64,000 nt of DNA from NCBI RefSeq assembly GCF_006345805.1, contig NC_042997.1:76074001-76138000 (forward strand), read 5' to 3'. Made by a program: the position numbers and the translations under genes. This stretch comes from Octopus sinensis (lineage: Eukaryota). Under the pieces are notes generated by a model that ran no database searches, was not told where the DNA came from, and was given only the letters and a program-made list of their open reading frames with translations. Within the stretch, counting starts at the first letter, position 1, and the number at the start of each line of letters is the position of its first letter. Of this stretch, positions 24,291-36,687 are shown piece after piece.

Positions 24291-26680
24291 CACATTTTGC
24301 ACCAATTGCACCTGAAAGGTGGGTGGTTTGCTACTCTAATAAGTACCTATGTACCTACTTTGACTAATTGTGATGAAGATAATACTATTTTTTATACCCA
24401 GCTGAGAACCATACTTAGGAAAATCCTCAATTCTTGTAAAGTCATTCTACTGGAGGGTTTCAATGCCAGGGTTGGAACAGACTGGCAAACATGGAACTCT
24501 CTAGGATGTTTTGGCGTGGGGAAAATGAATAGCAATGGTCTCATGCAGCTGGAACTTTGCAATGAACATGGACTTCACATCACAAGCACTCACTGTATGC
24601 ACAAAGGTGATCACACAACGTGGATGTATCCAAGATCTAAAGTTTGGCACTTGCTGAATTATGTAATCATTCACAAGCATGGCATCTATTACATTTGTAA
24701 AGTCCTTTCATGGATCGGAATGCTGAACAGACCACAGTCTGGTGCGAACAAAGTTCTGAATGATGATTATAGTGAAAGGGGGCCAGTTAGCATTCTTCAG
24801 CTTCAGAATGTCTGAGGAAAGAGCTTCAGACTCGCTTGTCCAGCATTGAAAATACTACAGTATGGGAAGATTTTCGAGACCAGGTTCTTCAATGTGCTGC
24901 TGAAACACTGGGATATGCTGCTGCCTCACACAGAGACTGGTTTTATGAAATGATACTGAAGTTCAGCGACTACTGGTTGTAAGGTACCATGTCCACAATG
25001 TATAGCTGTACAGAGGACTTTCAGCTGTGCAGTGAAATCTAGCACTTGCCCACTATAGTAGTGTAAAATCACTACTGCAGTGATCTCTCAGGAAGATGCG
25101 GAACACTTGATGGGAGGATCTTGCTCATGATGTTCAGGCTGCTGCTGATGCAAATGACAGTAAGAAGTTTTACCATTTTATGAAGCAACTTTATGGATCT
25201 AAGAGTTCTGCATCAGCTCGTTGCAGGATTGAACACTTCTCTGAACTCCTAGACCATGAGTCAGTTGTGGATTAAACAGTAATTGATACTATGCAACAAA
25301 GACTTTACATTGGCTCCTTAAATTCCACTCCCTCAATAGATGAGGTAATGACAGCCATAAGTAAATTGAATCTTGGTAGGGCACTGGGAAGGGATGGAAT
25401 TTGTGCTGACGTCTTGCGATTTGGTGATTATATCATACAGTCCCTTCACGAACTCAGTGTAGTCTGAAAGGATGGTGCAATGCCTAAAAACTTGAAGGAT
25501 GCAATTGTTCTTTCTCTCTACAAAGGAAAAAGAGCAAGAATTGTGTGTGGTAACTACAGAGGTATTGCTGTACTATCAGCTGCTGGCAAGGTTCTGGCAA
25601 ATATTCTTCTTACCACCTGAATGGGTGTCTCACAAATGATGTCCTATCTGAATCTCAATGTGGCTTCCGATCTGGTAGAGGGACAATGGATATGATTTTC
25701 AGAGCACATTATGATTTTCACAGGAGAAGTGCTATGAGCAGAATATGGATCTTGCCCAGATATTTATTGATTTAATCAAAGCCTTTGTTACTGTGAATAA
25801 GGCCTTGCTGTGGAAAATACTTAGCAAACTTGGATGCCCAGATCACTTTGTATCTATAATTAAATCATTTCATGATGGGATGGAGGCTTGGGTCTATGTT
25901 GGTGGTGGCATGGTGGGACCCATTCTTGCAGAGAATGGTGTCAAGCAGGGTGACATCCTTGCCCCAACTCTCTTTTCTTTGTACTTTGCTGCTACTTTTC
26001 CTCATGCTTTTGCTAAGATTAGCTCTCTGGGAATATATGTCAGATATTGATCTTCTGGCTGCTTCTTTAATCTGCACCAATTGGCTGCCAATTCAAAAGT
26101 TTTCCAGTTTCTTATTTGTGACCTCCTTTATGCAGATGACTGTGACTTAGTCATTCATACAGTGGATGACATACAAATACTTATGAATTGTATTTCTGCT
26201 TCTTGCATGGCATTTGGACTCAGCATTAGCCTGCACAAGACCGTTGTAATGTTCCAGCCTGCACAAGACCGTTGTAATGTTCCAGCCTGCACTAGGAAAT
26301 CCAAATGTGGAACCAGCTATCTTGGTTGAAGGAACAATACTGAAAGTGGTAGACAAGTTTGTCTACCTGGGCAGCACACTTAGCCGTTCTTGTTCCCTAG
26401 CTGATGAAATATCTTTCAGGCTGCAGAGAGCAACTGATTCCTTCTAGTCATTTCAGTCTCATGTCTGGACCTAACATGGCATCACAAGGCAAACAAAAAT
26501 TGTTGTGTACCATGCATGTGTACTGAGATTGCTCCTTTACTCATGTGAGACACAGACCCTTTACCAACATCATGTAAAGGTCCTTCAACACTTTTATTGG
26601 AGATATCTGAGAGACATTCTGAATGTTGGCTGGACCTTAAAAACTCCAGACACACAACAGTGTTAGAAGAGATCAATAAG
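24290..26680 (+). mobile_element. old degraded RTE (BovB-type) LINE
   Basis: ATLISTYVPTL, TTWMYPRSKVWHLLNYVII (APE); GVKQGDILAPTLFSLYF, LLYADDC (RT); many stops. Confidence 0.85.
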
Positions 26681-26689
26681 AAGAGATCG

Positions 26690-26914
26690 ATGAGCTGGCA
26701 GAAACGTTAGCACACCAGGAGAAATGCTGAGCGGCATTTTGTCTGCCGTTACGTTCTGAGTTCAAATTCCACCGAGGTTGACTTTGCCTTCCATCCTTTT
26801 GGGGTCGATAAATTAAGTATCAATTACATCCTGGGGTCGATGTAATCGACTTAATCCCTTTGTCTGTCCTTGTTTATCCCCTCTATGTTTAGCCCCTTGT
26901 GAGTAATAAAAAAA
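26690..26914 (+). mobile_element. tRNA-derived SINE
   Basis: gagctggcagaaacgttagc...gagttcaaattcc (A/B-box-like) ...ggggtcgataaattaagt... A-rich tail. Confidence 0.7.
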
Positions 26915-27138
26915 TACTTATTTCATTTGCCAACATTACAAAGAGGGTACATATATAGACAGAGAGGTTAATTTCATCATTAAGAACATGGTAGTAGTAT
27001 GTCCTTCTCCATCTGTAGATTTTTTATACAGTGATAAAAAATCTACAGATGGAGAAGGACATACTACTACTATGTTCTTAATGATGAAATTAACCTCTCT
27101 GTCTACCCTCTTTGTAATGTTGGCAAATGAAATAAGTA
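26915..27138. repeat. near-perfect palindrome (~105-bp arms, 6-nt loop)
   Basis: atacttatttcatttgccaac...gatttttt at-acagtg-at aaaaaatc...gttggcaaatgaaataagtat. Confidence 0.95.
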
Positions 27139-27761
27139 TAAAAATGTACATTGTCCGTTTAATTAAAAAATTCTATATGTGGCTGAAGATTGCTCGACAT
27201 TTTAAAACTGATGTAATACGTACAGTGTTTAATAAAATGAAGTAGCATGAAATGATTGTACTACACTACCTTGGATATCCTTGTTGTTTATTTTGATTAT
27301 AATCACCCCCATTTGATTTATATGGATAATACCATACCAAATTCTGGTGCCTTTAACTTAAGTACCATATTCATCTGAATCTAAATTTTGCTGAACATAT
27401 ATATATTTATGTATGTATATATATGTGTATGTGTGTGTGTATGTGTATATATATATGTGTGTGTGTGTGTATATATATATGTGTGTGTTTTCCTATCTCG
27501 TCATTAAAAGCACAAAATAGGTAGTTATAAACAGTCAACAACTGATCAGCGAGTTATCTTCTTTCGGTTTTGTCCTGCACTTTTCTCTCATGTGTTTACG
27601 TATTTTTCACTCGTTGGTGATTTCCTGTACTCAATTTGTGTTTTTTATTTTTGTGTGTGCATGTATGTATCTATATGAGTGTGTGTTTATATGTATGTGT
27701 GTGTGTGTATGTATATATATGTGTGTGTGTGTATGTGTATATATATGTGTGTGTGTGTGTG

Positions 27762-27796
<35 letters not shown>

Positions 27797-27903
27797 TTAA
27801 TGTGTATTTTTTATTTTTGTGTGTGTTTATTTTTTATTTTTATTTTTGTGTGTGTATGAACTACAAAATGCAAAATATTAGTAAAATGTATAAGAATACT
27901 TAC

Positions 27904-28057
27904 TTTTGGATAAGGAATCCCAGTTGTAGTATTGAAGGCAGGAAGTAAACGTATGCCTACATCATGTGCCATTGTAAGCAATTCGTTGTTATACCAAAGC
28001 ATACCTTTTCGTTTTTTCTTTAACAAATTTGCAACTACATGACCTCCTAACAGCCCA
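27904..28057 (-). CDS. EDEM3: 154-bp coding exon of EDEM3-like gene
   Basis: ttttcag|[52 protein letters not shown]|gtaagt. Closer to EDEM3 ([21 protein letters not shown]) than to EDEM1 or EDEM2. Confidence 0.93.
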
Positions 28058-28359
28058 CTGAAAAGAAATTTCATATTTGTTGTGAAACAGTGCATGATAC
28101 TACATGTATAATATATCATTCTATTTTGGAATTATTCATAGATTAAACATGTTTTTGTATTTATATAAATGAAGAAATTGGCAATTCACAAAACCAAATG
28201 ATATTTAACTCATGACATTTTAGATTGTTAAATCAGTTGATCATCACACTGAAATGATTTCACAGTAACCCCTTTTATTAAAACTGAGGATCTGTGCCTC
28301 CCAATTTAAAAGAAATGTACATTCAATATAAAGTGGTTAGTTAACCATGTAAAATGATT

Positions 28360-28492
28360 GGTGTTAGGAAGTGCACCCAGCTATAAAAATGATGCCAAAA
28401 CAGATAGAGCATTGTGCAGTCCTTTAGCTTACTAACTCTTGTCAAATCATCCAACCCATGCCAGCATGGGAGATGCACAGATGATGATGAGG
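28360..28492 (+). mobile_element. degenerate RTE 3' tail
   Basis: gtgttaggaagtgcacccagct...catgccagcatggg...gatgatgatgag. Confidence 0.7.
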
Positions 28493-28789
28493 AAATTGTT
28501 GAATAACTAACAAAAAGACTTTGATATATAGGAAACAAAAACTTTTATATTAACAATCAACTCATCAGCACAAACACTGCCACTTAGACCTTGTATTCCT
28601 CTTCCTCCAACTCCTTCTCCTCTCTTTCAGTGATAGAAGCTGATGGTTTCCCTATAAAGAAGAACTGTCTCCCTTCAGTTATTAACAATGTTTTCCCCTC
28701 AATCTCTTGTGTCTTTAAGGGAATGCCAACACCAGGTTTGCAACTGCCAAAAAAGAAAAAAAGACACAAAAAACTGTAAGATTTATACT

Positions 28790-30250
28790 GATGATTCCGT
28801 AAGCACTGCTAAAACCCAAGAATCTTAAAAGGTGGTACCCTTTTTGTCCAGACTCTTCTGTATATTTGCTGGAATCCAAAACACCAACCCTTTTTGTACA
28901 TTTGCTGGAATCCATAACACCTTTGCAATTTCTTTCTGCTTCTCATTTCTCTCAGATTGGCCATCTTTATGTCTTTTGTCTAAAATGTGTTGTTGAATAT
29001 ACAGTATTATAGAAGCAGGTAGAGAGTGTTATGCAAGTTGTTATATTTTCAGAGGAATGGTTGTGTGGTAAGAAGCTTGCTTCCCAACCACATTGTTTCA
29101 AGTTCAGTTCTACTGCATGGCACCTTGAGCTTATTACAGCCCCAGGTTAACCAAAACCTTGAGCAGACTTTGTAGAGGGGAAACTGAAAGAAGTTCATTG
29201 TGTGCTTGTATTTGTGTCTATTTGTACATAGTCAAGATTTACTAATTCCAGAATAACTATTTGAGATTTTTACTTTTTGCTTTCCTTATTGTTTTGATAA
29301 CTAAATAAAGTCTATTTTGATAACTAAATAAAGTCTATTTCCCTGTTTTAGAATGGAACTAACAAACATCATAACACAAATGCTGACTAGTTTGCATGCT
29401 TCACCAATTTGGTTGATGTATCAGTTGCCTGATTTCTGTAATCTCTGTTATTGATATTTTATCCTCCAAGTTTCCGTTATTTTTCCACTGGAATGTCTTT
29501 CAATTTCTTTACATATTCATCATGTCCAAATTGTATATTCTCTCTTTCCTTTTTAATATCTAATCCAATTACTGGAACTCTATTAGTTCTTCACACTTGA
29601 CTTTAAATAATTTATGAAGCCTATTTATGAACTTGTATCTGAAAGATCTCTGCACCTCCAAGGCAAAAACCATCAACATTAGCAGTAATGATACCAAGAA
29701 GTTTGTTTCCACAATACTATGTAGATATTATCAGAGAGTATTTTGAGGCTACTGTTCCAGACTTCATGTATTCTTCTCTAATCATTTGATACTAGAATCT
29801 TGAGGCACTAGTCAAGCATATACACATTTTAAAAGTTTCCATTTCTTGGGGAGGATCTAATTAAACTAACCTGTTTATTCGTTTGTTCTGTAAAAATGCA
29901 GTCAGTCTTAATATCCATCGATTAGCATACCTAACCATGAGATGCTATAGTTATAACATATACACTCTTTGAAGTATTTCTAATACTACTAGTATCTCTA
30001 TTCTGAAAGCCTCTTGCCACAAGTCTAGCTTTAAAAATTTGTTTATCATTCAGCATTTTATAAATTCAATTGTAGATATTTTGAGTTGAGTTTGGTCAGG
30101 TACTTGTATGTAAATTTGATTCTCAGTTCAACTTTAAAGTTCATTTTTCCTCGCTTTGTCCAAGTCAGTATTTGACAAGAAGGAAACCATTATACTTTGC
30201 TTATCATTTAAATATCCATTTCTAAACAGCCTGTCTTGCTTTTCCTTCTA
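28790..30250 (-). mobile_element. degenerate Ty1/copia RT-RNase H remnant, interrupted by a SINE at 29050-29230
   Basis: QVPDQ..ISTI..FKARLVARGFQ..MDIKT; GIITANVDG (from HVDD); VIGLDI; DIKMANLREM..LWIPANIQ..LDKKG. Confidence 0.7.
29050..29230 (+). mobile_element. 5' half of tRNA-derived SINE (same family as 31012-31180 and the copies at 60020-60722)
   Basis: tgtgtggtaagaagcttgcttcccaaccac...ggcaccttg...ggaaactgaaagaag. Confidence 0.7.
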
Positions 30251-30667
30251 GTATAAAGGAAACAGGGGAGCTCAAATTTTATGTTCTGTGCAGATCCCAA
30301 ATCTGCAATTCCTTTTTCCATGACTATCTCTAATTACTGTTTTAGTGGCAGTGAGATAAGAAATTTTAAAGCAGTCTTATATTCACCAACTGTTGCTGTT
30401 CTATCAATGTTAAATCAGAAACAAAACTTTCAGGCACAGAAATCCCCCCGCCCAAAAAACTATATTAATGATCAACAAATGTCTCCCTACACCTAATGTT
30501 CCTCAGCCTTCAACTCCTAATTTCTCAATAATTGATTATCTTCCTTTTGGGGATAAACTGGCCCTGCTGCTTTTACAGAATGAATTGTCTCCCTGAAACT
30601 GTTAATGCAGGTCTTAATATAAAAATTTATGTCATTTACAAAACAAGCAAATCAATATATAACGTAC

Positions 30668-30780
30668 CCCAAAACTCGAATGTTAGTTTCAAAAACAGAT
30701 ACAACAACATCATTATCAAACTTTGTGTTTTTGATCACCAGCTGAACAGCATTTTCAAATTCCTCTAACTGACCAAGTAT
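30668..30780 (-). CDS. EDEM3: 113-bp coding exon of EDEM3-like gene
   Basis: ttttag|[39 protein letters not shown]|gtacgt. [17 protein letters not shown] is characteristic of EDEM3. The phase-2 end fits the next exon. Confidence 0.93.
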
Positions 30781-31011
30781 CTAAAAGAAACAAACAAAAA
30801 ATATAAAAAAGGGAAAAGAAGTTTGAATATTTTTCACATAACATGCATGTCAAAGACCAAATATGTATACACAGACAGTGACACACATACAACAATGGTG
30901 AAAAGTGAGAATGAGTGCTAGCAATAAGAAAGGAATGACAGTGAAAAAGAAAAGTAGAAAGACAGATAGGTGCATATTTTGCTGTGGGTGGTACTTCTAA
31001 ATATTTATTCA

Positions 31012-31180
31012 AAACTAAGTGGTAAGAAACTGCTTTCCAACCACACGGTCCCTAGTTTAGTCCCACTGTGTGATACGTTGGGCAAGTGTCTTGTACTATA
31101 GACTTAGGCCAACCAAAGCCTTGTGAGTGGATTTTGGTAGACAGAAACTGAAAGAAACCCATTACATATATGTATGTATG
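31012..31180 (+). mobile_element. 5' half of tRNA-derived SINE
   Basis: gtggtaagaaactgctttccaaccacacgg...gggcaagtgtctt...gaaactgaaagaaaccc. Confidence 0.7.
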
Positions 31181-31183
31181 CAT

Positions 31184-31602
31184 ATATATATTAGAAGAAA
31201 TGAGGTACTCAGAAATCTGGATAGTTTTATATTTAGTGGAGTTGTCAAATCGAACTTTTGCAGGAATTTTGTCTCTTTTTATAGTATTATTGAGTGTGTA
31301 GGAGTGGGGAGAGATATAAGATAGTACAAGAGGGTGAGGAATGGGGAGAAAGTGAGAGAGAGCACGTGCATGTGTGTGTGTTTGTATCTGAAAGAAGTGT
31401 TAAAGAAAAAGAGAAGGAAAGGAAGGAGAGAAAGAAGAAAAATTTTTTTGAGATCTTTACAGTTGGTCAGTCTTTCAATAATAAATGATTCTTGGCTTTT
31501 AGAAATGGCAAACTTAGCTGGTCACTCCAAGGGGGGCAAAATGTCACTTTTCAAAAACTTGTCTGGATTTCTTTTTATCATTGTCTTGTGAGAGAGAGAG
31601 AG

Positions 31603-31659
<57 letters not shown>

Positions 31660-32124
31660 GCACGCATGTGTGTGGGTGTCTGTGTATCTGAAAGAAGTGT
31701 CAAATGGACAAGGGAATGAAAGGAAGGAGGAGGAAAGAAGATAAAAATGTGTTTACATTTTTGCCGCTGGTCAGTCTTTCATTAGTAAATGATTCTTGGC
31801 TTTTAGAAATGGCAAACCCAGCTGGTCACTTCAAGGGGGGCAAAATGTCACTTCTCAAAAAATTGTCTGGATTTCTTTTAATCATTGTTTTGTGTGAGAG
31901 AGAGAGTGTGTGTGTGTGTGTGTGAGTGTGCGCGCATGTGCATGTGTGAGTGCCTGTGTAACTGAAAAGGGTGTCGATGGAGAAGGGAAAAAAGAGAGGA
32001 AGAAGAAATAATTGTGTTGGCATTTATACCACTGTTCAGTTCTTTCAATCCAATGTTTGATTCCTGTGCTGATATGGGTTGGAGAATCTGGATGAAAGAT
32101 TGTTTTTATTTATGTATATGTATA

Positions 32125-32165
<41 letters not shown>

Positions 32166-33372
32166 AATACAATTTACTTTACAAAATTGGTCCTTCATCT
32201 AGTACAAATTATTATAGAAATATTTTCAGCCATTCAATTTGGGGGAGAACTTTGTTATGAAGTATTTTTCCATATTTCTCCGGAAGGAGGTGTCATTCTT
32301 TGGATATTTGTAGAAGGGAAAGATCTTAAATTTTCCTTCTCCACATGCATCTAGGTGTTTACTCAGTGGAACCTTTTGCAGTTCCTCCAGTCGGACATGT
32401 TGTCGGTGAATTCTTGCTCATTGGCAAAAAGAATTTCCAGTTTTAACTATATAATTCTCCTTGCATGAGGGGCAGGTTATGCAGTATATTATGTTCTGCA
32501 TCTTGCAGTTCATGTCTGCATTTACTTTGAATATGTGACCACTCTTAAATTTTATTTGTTTGTCTCCTTCTATATATTTGTAGATGGGGTTACTGCAGAT
32601 CCCACATCTACCATCTCTGCACTCTTTTACAAAGAATTCAGTTTTAGTTTCTGATGAGAATTTCGCTCTTGTTAGTTGTTTCTTCAGATTTTTGTCTTGT
32701 TGTTTACTGTTTTATATGCAATATTTGTTTGATATGTTTCCCATTTTGGAGCTTTGTAGGACTATTGGTAAGTTTGAATGTATGATTTGAAACATGTTGG
32801 TAACTCCAGGGTTGTGTGTGTTTATGAAAGGGATGCTGTTTTCCTTGTTTTTCGTTTTTGGAGTTCTGAGTTGTGTGATGTCCAGTTTCATTGCTCTTGA
32901 GATTCTATTTTTTATTAGTTTGAGTGGGTATTTTTGTTCTAGTAGGAAGTTTTTAAGTTCATTTAGTCTTATTTGGCATGTTTGTGAGTTGGTTACTATG
33001 CTACATATGCATCTTGCCATACTATATGGGATGTTTCTTTTTATGTGGGATGGGTGGCAGGAGTAGAAATTTAAATATTGGCGTGTGTCGGTTTTTTTGA
33101 AGCAGTATAAAGATGAAGCATTTCTAAAAGCCAAGAATCATTTACTATTGAAAGACTGACCCTCTTGCACTATCTTATATCTCTCTCCACACTCAATAAT
33201 ACTATAAAAGAGACAAAATTCCTGCAAAAGTTCAATTTGATAACTCCACTAGAGTGGACGAAAGCGCTAATATATGATATATGATTTATAAAAATCATGT
33301 AACATACTAATAAATAAATCTGTAAATATAAAACCATCCAGATTTCTGAGTACCTCATTTCTTCTAATATAT
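31184..33372 (-). mobile_element. 5'-truncated Penelope-like element (coding ~32200-33120) with a tandemly repeated 3' UTR and an inverted 3'-end copy at 33119-33372
   Basis: KKTDTRQYLNFYSCHPSHIKRNIPYSMARCICSIV; NIIYCITCPSCKENYI (GIY-YIG). ~300-bp tandem units at 31340-31920. 33160-33372 is the reverse complement of 31184-31334. Confidence 0.8.
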
Positions 33373-33419
33373 AATACCTGTACATCATCTCCAAACCTTC
33401 TAATATATATATATATAAG

Positions 33420-33715
33420 AAAACAAAAAATGGAACAAGAACAGGTGACAATAAAACATTTGGACAGTTAGATGATACAAATAAGGACAGGAAAAAACAG
33501 ACAGGTCATTTGGAGCTTTCAATCTTCAGTTGAGTACCAGATCATCTTTGCAGTTTCAGCCAACTACTCTCAAGACTGCTCTAATCTGGCTGGCCCCAAC
33601 AAAATTTAAGCTAAGAGCACTAGATTCTTTGGAAGAAAGCAAACGAATGTATACATGAACAAGGATGAAAAAAAAAAAAACAGAGAAATAGTACACAATT
33701 ACAAATACAACAACA
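33420..33715. repeat. unclassified interspersed repeat related to the arms of the 59045-59912 hairpin
   Basis: shared blocks such as ggcccca...aaaa..taagctaag.gca.ta.att.tttg.aagaaag. Confidence 0.55.
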
Positions 33716-33719
33716 GGAC

Positions 33720-34590
33720 AAAGTTCAGAGAGCTCCTACCCCTGTTGGCAACAAAGGATCTCTTTCTCAGAGTGAAAGGCAGATTGTTTTAAGCCTCTGT
33801 ACAAACAGCTATGCTGCACGGCACCGAAACATAGGCTGTGACAACCGAGGAGATGTATAGGCTTGAAAGAAATGTACAATGTCAGTGAGCATGTTCAACA
33901 GCGTCTTAGCATCTTGAGAGTAAAAGTTAGGCATAAGAGGAATCCGATGTGGTGTACAAGAGAGACAACTGTGCTGGTATGGTCATGTGATCTATATGGA
34001 TGAGGACATCTGTGTAAAGAAGTGCTGATCTCTAACTGTGGACGGAACCTGTGGTAGAGGTAGACCCAGGAAGACATGGAACGAGGTGGTGAAGCATGAC
34101 CTTTGAACTTAGAGCCTCACAGAGGCAATGACTAATGACTGAGACCTTTGGTGATGTGCTGTGCTTGAGAGGACCCGTCAAGCCAAGTGCACCTGTACAG
34201 GTGGCATGTTAAGAACACCTTTCAACTGTTGAGCCTCACGGAGGCAAAGTGGGTTGAGTTCCTTTCGAGTGCTGGGCTTCACGGAGGTAATGATCAAGAC
34301 CTTTGACATTATGTCATGCTTCAGAAGACCCATGAAAAAAAGAAAATCACAGCTGTGGCAGATACCAGTGTCATGCAAATTGGCACCCATGCTGGTGGTA
34401 TGTAAAAGCACCTTGGTGTCATGACAGAGGCATGTAAAAGCACCTATTACACTCTTGGAGTGAATGACATTAGGAAGGGCATCCAGCCATAGAATACCAT
34501 GCCAAATCAGACTGGAGTCTGGTGCAGTCTCCCAGCATGCCAGTCTGGTCAAACTATCCAATGGACGTTAAATCATGATGATGATGATGA
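33720..34590 (+). mobile_element. RTE LINE 3' fragment
   Basis: AKFRELLPLLATK..., GRPRKTWNEVVKHD, 3' UTR, (GAT)n. Confidence 0.85.
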
Positions 34591-35329
34591 TGTCACTAAA
34601 GTGACAGAGAGTACTACGTGGTACAGGTACTGCTAGAAATAAAAGTCAAACCAACTCATTAGTCACAAGAGTACTATCTTAGTGATAGATAAAGGAGACA
34701 AGCAAGCTCGCTTTATACACATAGCTATATCACTGGAGATTTTGAATTTTGATGTAGAGCATCTTAATTTTCATAGGTAGCTCTTACCACACCAAGTATA
34801 TGTGTGTTTGTATGTGTGTGTTTTGTGCCTGCGTTTGCCCCACCCTCAACACCACAACTTCACAACTGGTGTTGGTGTATTTAAAAAGTAAGTCCTGGGG
34901 TTGATTTGTTCAACTAAAACCCTACAAGGCAGTGTTCTAGCATGGCCAGTCAAATGATTGAAGCAAATAAACAAATAATGTACAAATTGAAAACAGCTCA
35001 ATACATGTTATATGGTAAATCTACTCTGTAATAATACCTACATGGCATTGCATAAAGTTTTTTCCGAGAGGCAGTATTCCATGTAAGAGAGTTAGTTGTG
35101 GGAGATAAAATACAGAAACATATACTCACACTCAGTTAGGGAAAATTTTACTGTGTATCATAATAAAATACACTCTTTCAAACTTGTGGTAACTTCATTC
35201 ATTCAAATCTGCTTGACTAAGAAGATGTGTAAAAAAAAAACAGGGGTTCCAAATTAGTAAAGGAGGAGTGACAACAGTGTAGCAGCACTAGCAAGTAGTG
35301 GAATACAATTATATTAGTTACATGAGGCA

Positions 35330-35935
35330 TCAGTTGTGGTGTGCAAGAGTGACGACTGCGCTTGTGTAGTCATGTGATGCATATGGATGAGGACAGCTGT
35401 GTAAAGAGGTGCTGATCTCTAACTGTGGAGGGAACCTGTGGCAGGGGTGGATCCAGGAAGACATGGAACGAGATGGTGAAGCATGATCTTCGAACTTTGG
35501 GCCTCACAAAGGTAATGACAAGTGACCGAGACCTTTTGTGATATACTGTGCTTGAGAAGAACCATCAAGCCAAATAAAATCGTAGTCATGGCTGATACTA
35601 GTGTGACATAAATGGCATCTGTGCATTGGGCTTCATGGAGGCAATGACCAAGACCTTTGGCATTATGTCGTGCTTGAGAAGACCCATCAAGCCAAATAAA
35701 ATTGCAGTAGTGGCAGATACTATTGTCATGCAAATGGCACCTGTGCCAGTGGTACATAAGAGCATCCATTACACTCTTGGAGTGGTTGGTATTAGGAAGG
35801 GCATCTAGCTGTAGAAACCATGCTAAATCAAAATAGTCTGCTGCAGCCTTCCAGCTTGGCAGCCCGATCAAACTGTCCAATCCATGCCAGCATGGAGAAC
35901 AGATGTTAAATGATAATAATGATGATGATGATGAA
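35330..35935 (+). mobile_element. RTE LINE 3' fragment
   Basis: GGSRKTWNEMVKHDLRTLG, 3' UTR, (GAT)n. Confidence 0.8.
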
Positions 35936-35944
35936 ATATGTACA

Positions 35945-36687
35945 CAGGGTGCACTGAATACATTGTTGTCTAAATTATCCAATAAAATCGCCACTGGCTT
36001 CAACTACGACCTCCAGACGACTTGAGAATCTCCTGCAACTCTTCTGGATGGTCTCCTTGTTTAAGTTGGTGAATGCTGCCATAATCCTTGTCTTAAGTTC
36101 ATCTTTGATGTTACAACTGCAACCCACACATAATAATTAAGGGGGTTGCAGTCTGGGAGTTAGGTAGCCAGATGTTAGGGGTGATATGGTTGCAGAAATC
36201 GTCTGACAGCCATGGCTGAGTTTTCCTGCTTGTGTGGACATAGGATCTTCCAGCAGCCACCCTCTTGACCTAATGCAGTACTACCTCCTCCAGGCACTTA
36301 ATGTAGGTCACCATGTTGAGCCTGAGGTTGAGTGGGAAGATGAACGGAGGCATAACATCACCATTACTAGTGATCACTTCAAACACAATGATGTTGACTG
36401 GATGTTTGATTTTTATCACTCTCTGTACATGTTTTGGGGGCACAGCAAACCAACAGTTGTTCTGTGCATTCAACATCTGTTCATATTGGTGCTTCCAGCG
36501 CAAATGCCAAGCATCACAGCATGTCGTTTCCAAACTTCTGGCAGAATGAATTGTGTCACGGTGCTGTTTTTCTCAGAGATGGTGCCCAACTGACCCCACT
36601 ATACAGTGTATCTGACAAAATCAAAAAACAAAGTGCATGTGTGAAATTAAGATTATAAAGTGGCAACAATTTACCCATCACACCCTG
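35945..36687 (-). mobile_element. internally deleted DD37D (maT-like) DNA transposon
   Basis: TIRs cagggtg...caccctg; IKHPVNIIVFEVITSNGDVMPPFIFP..YIKCLEEVVL; ITPNIWLPNSQTATP; C-terminus FSSRLEVVVEASGDFIG. Confidence 0.75.

Noticed and set aside
29400-30250. R4/Dong-type non-LTR remnant
   Set aside because: Initial impression from YKYL-like text; KARLVARGF and the RNase H motifs in other frames identify Copia instead.
35130-35165. Apparent KFSLT plus gtgagt donor as an EDEM3 exon
   Set aside because: It lacks LIDxLDxL and a suitable acceptor; the true exon is at 61611-61650.
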